From positions 192,001 to 256,000 of the forward strand of contig CBFGKH010000001.1 of NCBI GenBank assembly GCA_965649295.1: DNA of 64,000 nt. Reading direction: 5' to 3'. Position numbers and translations under genes: made by a program. The notes beneath the pieces are model-generated. The model worked only from the letters and a program-made list of their open reading frames with translations. It had not been told where the DNA came from and searched no databases. Of this stretch, positions 38,347 through 47,500 are shown piece by piece (the stretch's first letter is position 1; each line of letters opens with the position of its first letter). Source of the stretch: a candidate division WOR-3 bacterium. GTDB lineage: Bacteria; Hydrothermota; Tepidihabitantia; Tepidihabitantales; Tepidihabitantaceae.

Positions 38347-41300
38347 CTATCTCTCGATCACGAGCTTCTGCGTCGCTGCCAACTGCTCACCACTCAGCTT
38401 CACCAAATAGACACCAGCCGGTAGCACACGAAGGTCCAGTGTCACCGGTCCTGTACCAAGCTGTTCCAGCCGCTGAGCAAAGACCCGCCGGCCCAGCGCA
38501 TCGTAAATCGAAAGCGTCGCCGACTGCATAAGTGGGCGAGTGGTCAGGTGCAGATGTCCAGAACTGATCGAACTAAGACCAATCGTGAATCGGAAGCCGT
38601 CACTCGCGGTTTCGCTCGCCTGCACGCCATCGCGTCGCCGGTCTGCGCCCAAGGCGCGACTGAGCGAGAACTGCCAGACATCATTTGAGTTGTTACCCTT
38701 GATGGCCACTAACACATCACCGGCGGTCGCCGCGATATCGCCACCCGACTTCACCTTGACCTTACTACGAACGACCCCAATCTGAGGCAACGTTTCAAGC
38801 TCAACCCACTGATCGACATCGGGTAGGTATTGCCAGAACTCAGTTGTGTTGCTGCCCTTCAGAGCATAGATGCGACCGCTGTACCAGGCCGCATTCGAAC
38901 CGTCACCGGCCTTACTGTTGCGACGGGTATAGCTGCTATAGAGCGGCATCCCCTGCCGCGGTACTGTGTCCCAAGTCTGCGTCAGAACATCGAACCGGTA
39001 GAAGTCACGATACTTACCCTTGTGGGCATAGATAAAACGGTTCTCATCATAAACGAGCCACGAACCCTTGTCCCATTTGGGCCGCGTGCCAGCCGGTGGC
39101 GCTGGCAGCGTCTCCCACTCACTACGAGCGACACTGTACCGCCAGAACTCGTTGGTGCCGCCCTTCAGCGCATAGACAGCGAACCCATCCGGCCCTGGCG
39201 CATAGACCAAATCGGTCCCGGCCTTGACCCGCTTTGGCCCTGGTATCGGGTCCAGCCGCTGCCAAGTATCGGTAAGCATCGAATACCGCCAGAAACCATC
39301 GGTGTTGTTACCTTTCAAAGCATAGACGTACTCAACGTTGTCCGCTGTTCCGGCCGCACCGGCGCTGACTGGTTTGCCTTCAATTCCTCGCGGCATCGTC
39401 TCGCACTCTGTCCAGCGACCAGACTGTGGCTCAAAGAAGTAGAAGTCCTGAGTCTTGTTCCCTTTGGCCGCATAGACTCGCCCCAGCCCCGGCGCCGACG
39501 CCAACCAGCCACCGGCCTTGACTGCTCGGTTGGAGGGCGCTGACGGCATTGACCGGGCCGGACTCCAGCCTGGCCCAGCCGGACCAACAGCGACAACTTG
39601 GCACTCGGTGAACCGGACGTCGTTCAATGGCTGACGGTCACCAGCCAGCGCCACCGAACAGGTGACAACATGACCGCCAATCGCCAATGCCTGCCATGGC
39701 CGGAAGCTTACCGTGGCCCAGGAACCGGCTCCTAGCGAAACATGCTGGGTATCAGCATAAATACTGTCAATGGTCAGAATCACCGGGATTACTGCCGCAC
39801 TAGTACCGGCATTGGCAATCACTGCCTGAGGTATCACTGTTACGCCTGAATCATAAGCGCCGGTCGGTTCGCCCAGGGCCGCTACTGCCGCGTCAACCGT
39901 GCGCACGAAAACCGAACACCCAGCCACATCATTGGTCCGCACCAGGTCACCAACCAAAGCGGTCGAACAGCGGACTGCCGAAGGCCCGAGCGGTCGCGCC
40001 CGCCAGGAAGCAAACTCAACAGTAACCTCCTCACCCGGCCCAAGTTCGACCTGCTGGGTGTTCGCATATCCCGGCCCAATCCGCATTGTCACCGGAATAG
40101 TTGTCGTATAGCTGCCCCGATTGGCAACCCGAGCTGACGGTGTCACATATAAGTCTGCCTCGACCGTGTCAATCGGAGCAATCACCAGGCTGACCGCCGC
40201 ATCAGTCACCCGCACCACGCACTGCTTGAACCGCACGTCGTTTGCCGGCTGCCAGTCACCGGCCAGCGCCGCGCTGCAGCGCACCATCACCGTACCCCGG
40301 CCGCCTGGCAGCCAAGGATCGAAATTGACCGCGGTCTGAGCATTCGCTCCGATTGTCACTGTCTGTGTGTCGGCATAGACTCCGCCAATGGTCAGTATCA
40401 CCGGAAAGGTCTGCTGGCTCGTGCTGTTGTTCCGAACGACTGCCTGCGGCGTGACCGCAACTCCTGAGTCACAGCTCGCACCCGGCTGGACAATACTGAC
40501 TACTGCCGCATCCACGGTGCGTACCGTCACCTGCCGTTCGCGCACGTTGTTCGTATCGCACAGGTCACCGGCCAAACCCACCGAGCAACGGGCAACGTGC
40601 GTCCCGCGCTGAATCGCATACCAGTCGGCAAAAGTCACCTGGGCCTGGTCTCCTGACCCAAGCGTGATGCTCCGCGTATCAGTGTAGAACGACCCGATGC
40701 GCAGCGTCACCGGGATTGTCGCCGCCCCAGTACCGCCATTACGCACCGTGGCCCGCGGCGAGACTGTAACCCCAGAATCGTAAACACCGTTCGGCTGGTC
40801 AAGCGCGACCAGCACCGCATCAGTCACCCTAACCGTCACCGTACCGCTGAGCGAATCATTGGTATTGTCTTCGTCGCCAGCCAAGGCAGTGGTGCAGCGC
40901 ACAAGATGCTGACCGCGCTGCTGCACTGACCACGGCTCAAAACTGACCTGCATCGCTGCCGCCGGATTGAGTGCTACATTCTGGGTGTCAGCATAGAATC
41001 CGCCAATCCGCAGAATAACCGGGAAGGAGGCCGGGTTGGTTCCGCTATTGCGCACCGTGACCTTGGGCACAACCATCACCCCAGAGTCGAGTATTCCGAC
41101 TGGTTCATCAATCGAGACTACTGCTGCGTCATTAGCGTCAACCCGAACCGTGACGGCAGCACTGGCAGTGTCGTTGTCACTACGCTCATCACCGGCAAGA
41201 TTGACCGTGCAACGGGCAACGTGAGAACCGACATCTTCAGCCAGCCAAGGAGTGAAACTGACAATCCGCTCCTCAGCCGGGGCCAGTGAGGTGCTGACGG

Positions 41301-44300
41301 TGCTGGAGTAGCTGGCAACCGTGAACGTCGCGGTGATGTTGCCTGACTGCGTGCCATTGTTGCGAATCCGTACCTTTGGGACAACCGTTGTATTGGAATC
41401 AACGTTGCCTACGGGCTCGACAATCGCCACCACCGCGGCATCGGTCAACCGCACGCCAGTCATGACCGTGGCCGTATCGTTCGCCCGGTTCATGTCATTG
41501 GCCAGGCTGGCAACGCACTGGGCAGTGTGGATTCCGCGCTGCTCTGCCGACCACGGAACAAATGAGACCTGTGTCTGAGCTTCAGCACCAAGAAGGACGA
41601 GCTGGGTGTTGGTGTAGAACGAACCAATGGTCATCGTGACATTGAAGGCCTTCGGCTCGGTACTGTTGTTACGAACTGTCGCCCGGGGTGTAACAACTGT
41701 GCCCGAATCGTAGATGCCGACCGGCTCATCTATCGCCACGACTGCCGCATCAATCACCCTCACATTGACCGTCGCCCCAATGGCATCATTGCTTGAATAA
41801 AGCTCTCCTGGTACCGCCGTTGAACAACGCACTGACAGTGCCCCTCGCTCGGTCGCCGTCCACGGACTGAAACTGACTGACGCCTGCGCACCCGGGCCTA
41901 AGTCCACCGAACGGTTATCAGCATAGCTACCAATGGTCATTGTGACCGGCACGGTCAGTGGCACTGTTCCCCGATTGCCAACCGTCGCCTTCGGCACAAT
42001 CACGGTTCCTGAGTCAACCGTGCCTGTTGGCTGCTCTACCAGTACGGCAAAGGCATCCGCTACTCGTACATCAACCATACTGGAGAGGGTGTCATTAGCC
42101 GGATAGTTGTCGTCCGCGAGCTTCGTTGTGCAGAGGACGACCTGCGAGCCCCTCGCTCCAGCAGTCCAGTTGGGCAGAACGACGTTCGTGAGCGTCCCGG
42201 CTGGGTGATTCATGACCAGGGTTGATTCGCGGTAACTGGCACCGATTGTCATCCTGACATAATAGGTCTTGGCCGTGGCCGAATAGTTGAACACCGTTGC
42301 CTGGGGCACGTAGGTCTGGCCCGAATCAGCCGTGCCGACTGGTGCATCAATGGACAAAACACCGACGTCATTCAGCGGCGGTCGGAACTCCACCGCCCGT
42401 TGACTCGCGAGCAGGTTACCGATTGGAGCGCCGTTGAACAGATATTGCAACCCAATCGTGCCGTTCTCATTTTCGATACCTACCGTTGCACTCCTGCCCC
42501 AGTTGCGAAGCGTGTCAGAGACCGAACAGTCCTTGTACTGGGCGACGATACGACCATTTTCACAGATGATGAGCTGAAACGTGACTTGATTGAGAGTCGG
42601 TGCACCGACAATGCGCGCGTTCTGCCAGGTCACCACCGTCGAACAGTTCGGACTGGTGCCGAAGTGCTCGCAGTAAAGGTAGCCAGAATCAGTCGGCACC
42701 AGATTGAGGTCATCCCAGAAAGCGTAGATTGCCGCATTAGGAGTAGCTCCACTTGGCAAGCTGACGTTGGCCGGTGCGTTTGTGCCAGGGTCGGCGCCAA
42801 AGCTAACCCAGCCATTGGTCGAAACCCACATCGAGCTGTAGGTCTGTCCATAGAAGCGGAAAGCGTAAGGCAGGGTGACCTGAAAACGGGCCTCGTTTCC
42901 GCTACCGAGTGGCAACGACGGTGCTGCCACACTGCGCCACGCATAAGCCGGACCGCCATCATCCGAATCAAGCCAGGTATAGCCGGCTGCGTCGGGCCCA
43001 CCAGCAAAAAGACCGGTCACGCCGGATGAAGCCCGAAATGTCATCGAAGCACCGGAAGCCGGTATGTTCTGCACGAAACTGCCGGTGGGCAAGGGACTAG
43101 CCAGCGGATAGTTTGTCCTCGTGTTCGGATTGGTCCCATCGTCAAAAGTAGTCCGGTTCAGTCCACCTGGCCACGGATCGTTACCATCGCCACGGTTGTT
43201 GCCGTTGTACAGGTGATCAAGACCGTCTGCCTGTTCGAGCGCAACACCATACTTCCAGCCCGCACCGCCGTTGTTGATTGCATTGCTGCCACGGCGCCGA
43301 ACGATAACCGAGTCGTCGATGTGGTAAATCAGCAGACCCTGGCCAGGCAAGTTGATGTCAAACCCGGTCCTGCGCCGGTTTTCAATCAGGAAGTATTCGG
43401 TAAATGTACGGTTGCTGCCGATTGTCCAGATGGCATCGGCATTGTACTCAACCTGATTCAAAGTGTAATTCCCGTCGCATCGCACCGCTCTCGGGCTGAG
43501 CCAGCCCAGTTCCATCTTACACCAGGCATCAAGGTGTGCCGGATACCACGGGGAGTTGCCATTACCGCCCCAGGAACCACCAGCCATCAGGCTCCAGTTG
43601 CCCAAACCCTGCCCGCCACCATCGGTATCGTAGAGATCAGGCAGGCCCAACGCGTGCCCCCACTCGTGACAGAAAACGCCGATGCAAACCATCGAACCGT
43701 AATTGCTGTAGTTACTCCGCTCGGGATCGATTGTATAGTCATCAATCTTTATGAACCCACCATTGCGCGGATCAGGGTCATTGGTCACATAGACACCAAT
43801 CCCTGCCGAAGAGAAGCTCCATGCATGCGAGTGAATGTCGGCACCACTGCCGGTCTCCTCGCGCCCATAACCGGCGTGGATGCAGGTAAAAGCATCAACA
43901 TAGCCGTCGCCGTCGTCGTCATAGAGGGAGTAGTCCAGCACCGCGTCTGCTGCTGCGGCCGCCTCTTTGGCCAGCATTGCCGCCCGCTGGAATCCATTCG
44001 AGTAGCCATAGTAGGCCCTGTTGTTTATGGCCGTGTACCAGCCTGCCACTGTTCCGGTCAGGTTGAACTGCCCATATGAGACCTGACTGTAGTAGTCACG
44101 AGCAGAGCCTGTAGGCCATGTGCCAAAGAGCATGTTCTGAAACTCAGCCACCGAGTAGTTGTTGGGATAATCTGGATAATTGATAGCTACAACCGGAAAC
44201 TGTCTTGTCCCAACGACCAGTGGTAGGACATCGCCAGGCCGGTTTCTGATTTCACGCATTCCCAGACTGCGCACCGGGCGCGTGAACTGGTTGAGACCGT

Positions 44301-44427
44301 TGCTAATCGCATCGAGTTCGTGCGGCAGGGGCTTAACTGAGTTATCAATTGGCGGCATAGCCTGCACCGACAGAACGAAGGGAACGGTTAGCAGCAGGAC
44401 AGCTAGCAAAGCACGCATCAGTTTCAT
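38347..44427 (-). CDS. M6 (immune inhibitor A)-family metalloprotease with 9 CARDB-like repeats, Kelch-like propeller and T9SS-like C-terminal domain
   Basis: Signal peptide, DDDGDGYVD, CHEWGHALGLPDLYD, WSLMA.GSW, EYFLIENR; GGPDAAGY module; D(A/V).V..I..P.G..DSG repeats; six Y..KG...F blades; IYDALGR...GVYLV. Confidence 0.9.
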   Translation of the reverse strand: MKLMRALLAVLLLTVPFVLSVQAMPPIDNSVKPLPHELDAISNGLNQFTRPVRSLGMREIRNRPGDVLPLVVGTRQFPVVAINYPDYPNNYSVAEFQNMLFGTWPTGSARDYYSQVSYGQFNLTGTVAGWYTAINNRAYYGYSNGFQRAAMLAKEAAAAADAVLDYSLYDDDGDGYVDAFTCIHAGYGREETGSGADIHSHAWSFSSAGIGVYVTNDPDPRNGGFIKIDDYTIDPERSNYSNYGSMVCIGVFCHEWGHALGLPDLYDTDGGGQGLGNWSLMAGGSWGGNGNSPWYPAHLDAWCKMELGWLSPRAVRCDGNYTLNQVEYNADAIWTIGSNRTFTEYFLIENRRRTGFDINLPGQGLLIYHIDDSVIVRRRGSNAINNGGAGWKYGVALEQADGLDHLYNGNNRGDGNDPWPGGLNRTTFDDGTNPNTRTNYPLASPLPTGSFVQNIPASGASMTFRASSGVTGLFAGGPDAAGYTWLDSDDGGPAYAWRSVAAPSLPLGSGNEARFQVTLPYAFRFYGQTYSSMWVSTNGWVSFGADPGTNAPANVSLPSGATPNAAIYAFWDDLNLVPTDSGYLYCEHFGTSPNCSTVVTWQNARIVGAPTLNQVTFQLIICENGRIVAQYKDCSVSDTLRNWGRSATVGIENENGTIGLQYLFNGAPIGNLLASQRAVEFRPPLNDVGVLSIDAPVGTADSGQTYVPQATVFNYSATAKTYYVRMTIGASYRESTLVMNHPAGTLTNVVLPNWTAGARGSQVVLCTTKLADDNYPANDTLSSMVDVRVADAFAVLVEQPTGTVDSGTVIVPKATVGNRGTVPLTVPVTMTIGSYADNRSVDLGPGAQASVSFSPWTATERGALSVRCSTAVPGELYSSNDAIGATVNVRVIDAAVVAIDEPVGIYDSGTVVTPRATVRNNSTEPKAFNVTMTIGSFYTNTQLVLLGAEAQTQVSFVPWSAEQRGIHTAQCVASLANDMNRANDTATVMTGVRLTDAAVVAIVEPVGNVDSNTTVVPKVRIRNNGTQSGNITATFTVASYSSTVSTSLAPAEERIVSFTPWLAEDVGSHVARCTVNLAGDERSDNDTASAAVTVRVDANDAAVVSIDEPVGILDSGVMVVPKVTVRNSGTNPASFPVILRIGGFYADTQNVALNPAAAMQVSFEPWSVQQRGQHLVRCTTALAGDEDNTNDSLSGTVTVRVTDAVLVALDQPNGVYDSGVTVSPRATVRNGGTGAATIPVTLRIGSFYTDTRSITLGSGDQAQVTFADWYAIQRGTHVARCSVGLAGDLCDTNNVRERQVTVRTVDAAVVSIVQPGASCDSGVAVTPQAVVRNNSTSQQTFPVILTIGGVYADTQTVTIGANAQTAVNFDPWLPGGRGTVMVRCSAALAGDWQPANDVRFKQCVVRVTDAAVSLVIAPIDTVEADLYVTPSARVANRGSYTTTIPVTMRIGPGYANTQQVELGPGEEVTVEFASWRARPLGPSAVRCSTALVGDLVRTNDVAGCSVFVRTVDAAVAALGEPTGAYDSGVTVIPQAVIANAGTSAAVIPVILTIDSIYADTQHVSLGAGSWATVSFRPWQALAIGGHVVTCSVALAGDRQPLNDVRFTECQVVAVGPAGPGWSPARSMPSAPSNRAVKAGGWLASAPGLGRVYAAKGNKTQDFYFFEPQSGRWTECETMPRGIEGKPVSAGAAGTADNVEYVYALKGNNTDGFWRYSMLTDTWQRLDPIPGPKRVKAGTDLVYAPGPDGFAVYALKGGTNEFWRYSVARSEWETLPAPPAGTRPKWDKGSWLVYDENRFIYAHKGKYRDFYRFDVLTQTWDTVPRQGMPLYSSYTRRNSKAGDGSNAAWYSGRIYALKGSNTTEFWQYLPDVDQWVELETLPQIGVVRSKVKVKSGGDIAATAGDVLVAIKGNNSNDVWQFSLSRALGADRRRDGVQASETASDGFRFTIGLSSISSGHLHLTTRPLMQSATLSIYDALGRRVFAQRLEQLGTGPVTLDLRVLPAGVYLVKLSGEQLAATQKLVIER

Positions 44428-44501
44428 ATTGCCAACTCCTTGGAGAGCAGCCTCGACGGTCAGTTGTGGCCGACGCTAACCGCGCCGGAAGCCTCAGAGT
44501 A

Positions 44502-44566
44502 AGTCTAGAACCAGGCTACCCACTGTCAAGCAACAGAAGCGGCCTGCAGGCCGCTTCTGTTGCTTG
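44502..44566 (-). promoter_or_regulatory. 40-bp perfect palindrome overlapping the promoter of M6 protease 1
   Basis: CAAGCAACAGAAGCGGCCTG|CAGGCCGCTTCTGTTGCTTG at 44527-44566; TTGACA (44524-44529)-N16-TAGACT. Confidence 0.65.
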
Positions 44567-44583
44567 TGGCTGTGGGCGGTGGG

Positions 44584-47500
44584 TTACTGCTCTACCACCA
44601 GCTTGGTCTTTTCACTACTACCGCCACCCTCAAGACTCAGGATGTAAACTCCCGCTGCCAGCCCGTGCAGGTCAAGCTGACACCAGTCGCGGCCTGCCCG
44701 AACCGACTGCGAAACAAGACACCGACCAGCGACATCCCGGACCGATAGCCACCGATTACTGGTTGTCGGCGAAAATCGAATGACCAACGTACCGGTTGAC
44801 AACGGATTAGGAACGGCAGCAAGCCGTACCCGCGCATCAATCGTCCTGTCGCTAGCCATGACCCCGCTCTGGCTGTGACTAATCGCGTTCTGCCAGGAGA
44901 TTCCGCCTGGTACGTATGTCCAGAACTGTCGAGAACGATTGCCCTTCAGCGCGTAGCAGACGCCCGTCTCGGGATAGTAAGCCAGGGCAGCGCCAGCCTT
45001 GACCCGCTTACGCGCACTGCTGCCCGGGTAGGCTTTCGGAATTGACTCCAATTCAATCCACGTATCATCTGCGGGTAGATACTGCCAGAACTCCTGAGTG
45101 CTGTTCCCCTTGAGAGCATAGATAACATTACCATCAAAGGCAGCACAACCGCCATCACCCGCTTTCTTGTTTCGCCGCCCAGTCACACCGCTGACCAGTG
45201 GCATCCGGGAGAGAACTACCGCGGTATCCCAACGTTCCTCGCTGACGTCGTAACGGTGCAATTCGTTGTACCTCGCCTTCAGAGCATAGATGTAGCGACA
45301 GCCATCGTAAACCAGCCATGAGCCGCGCCCATACCTTGGCCGGTCGCCGACTGGTGCCGGCGCTAACTCCACGAACGTATCGGTTCCGACATCGTAACGC
45401 CAGAAAGCATTATCGCCACCCTTGAGCAGATAGACATGGTCACTATTCGGTTTCGCAACATAAACCATGCCTGCGCCCGACCGCACCTTCTTGCGATTCG
45501 GGCCTTCGGGAATACTAGTCAGAGCACCCCATGTCTGGGTCGCGACATCGAACCGATAGAACTCGGTCGTGTTGTTGCCCTTGGCCAGATAGACACAGCC
45601 TGCGCCGCAGCAAATCGCACTGCCCCGGTAAACTCCGCGATCACGGTCACCACCGGGCACACTCGGTTCCTGCGTCCAGCCAGAATCGCCAGGCCGATAG
45701 GACCAGTATTCCAGAGTCCGGCTACCCTTCAACGCATAGAACTTGCCGCTAATCGGTTCGAACGTCAGCGCACCGCCATCCCGCACATACGTCGTGCCAG
45801 GCAGTGATTCAGCCGGATGCCAGCCCGGTGCCAGATTGCCCAGGCCAACAACAAACTGTCGCTCTAATGAGTTGTTCTCAGGACACTGTTCGGTCGCTAG
45901 CACCACCATACCGCGTGCAGTGTAGCGGCCTCGTCCTGCATTCCAAGGAGCAAACTGCAGCACCGTATCAGCCTCGACCGGCAGACCTGAATCGAGCACT
46001 AGACTATCGGTGTAACGGGTCGGCCCAGCAATGTCGAGTAGCACCCTGACCGGCTCGCGCACGGTACCACAGTTGCGCAGACGCAACATTGGCACCACTA
46101 CACCGGGCGGAACCGAATCACTCGGTGCCATTAGCTCTACTACTGCCGCATCGTGGACCGCGACTGTCACACTCGTGCTGGCAGTGTCGTTTGCCGGCAC
46201 CGCATCGCCCTCAAAGTCCAGCGAGCAGCGAACGGTCTGCCGACCGCGGCCGGTGGCCGCCCAGGGCCGGAACAGCACCTCGGCCTGGTCACCAGCCGCA
46301 AGCTCAATCGTGTATTCGTCACGGTAGTCGCTGCCGATGCTGAGGACCAGGGCAAACACTGCCTCTTCGGTGCCAGGATTGTAGATTGAGACTGCCGGCA
46401 CAACCTGAGCGCCCGAGTCAATCGTGCCGTGCGGCCTACCCAGACCAGAAACCCCGACGTCGAGAACCCGAACCACCGCTGCCGTGGTCAGCGTGTCATC
46501 AGCCCGCACCATGTCAAAGGCAAGCCCGGTTGAACAGCGCACGGTATGCTCTCCTCGCACCATATTGTCCCACGGCGCAAAAGTTGCCTCGGCTTCCTCA
46601 CCCGGTTGCAGCACAACATACTGCGTATCACAGTAGCCAGAACTGACACTGAGCGCCACCGGCACTACTGCCGGCTCGGTTCCGCGGTTAACAACGACCG
46701 CATGGGGAATCACCAGCGTGCCCGAATCATACACCCCACTTGGCGCGTCAATCGAAAGCACCCCAGCGTTCCAAACCCGGACTCGGGTACTACTCACCAG
46801 CGTGTCGTTACTCCGATTAAGGTCACCGCTCAGCACTGTCCAGCAGCGCACGTCCTGTACTCCCCGCTGCATCGCCATCCAGTTACCAAAGGTCACCTCA
46901 TTCTGGGCTCCGGCGGGAACGGTGACAGTGCGAGTGTTGGTGTAACTGCTGCCAATTCGCATCGTGACCGCAAACGTCGCCGCAGCCATACCATAGTTTG
47001 CAACCATGGCCCGCGGCGTAACAACAGTGCCCGAATCAACCGCCCCGGTCGGCGCCAGAACGCTAACAACACCAGCATCGGTGACGTTAACCGTGACACT
47101 ACCAGTGACCAGATTGTTGCTCGCCACCTGGTCGCCAGCCAAAGCCGTCGAACAACGCACCGCCAGATTGCCGCGCTGCTGCGCGGTCCAAGGCGAAAAT
47201 GTCACCACCGACTGACCGCCAGCCGGCACCGTGATACTCTGCGTGTTGCTGTATAGACTGCCGATGCGCATCGTCACCGGAATCGAAAGACTCTGATTGC
47301 CGCGATTGGCAACAGTCGCCTGAGGTGTAATCACTGCCCCAGAATCAACCGTCCCGGTCGGAGCCGCAATAGTCAATGCCGCGGCATCAGTCACCCGCAC
47401 AAACACATTGCCACTAATGGTGTCATTGCTGCGCTGCTGATCACCACTCAAGTAGGTCGAGCAGCGCACCACCAGATTACCTCGCGGCAGTGCCGTCCAG

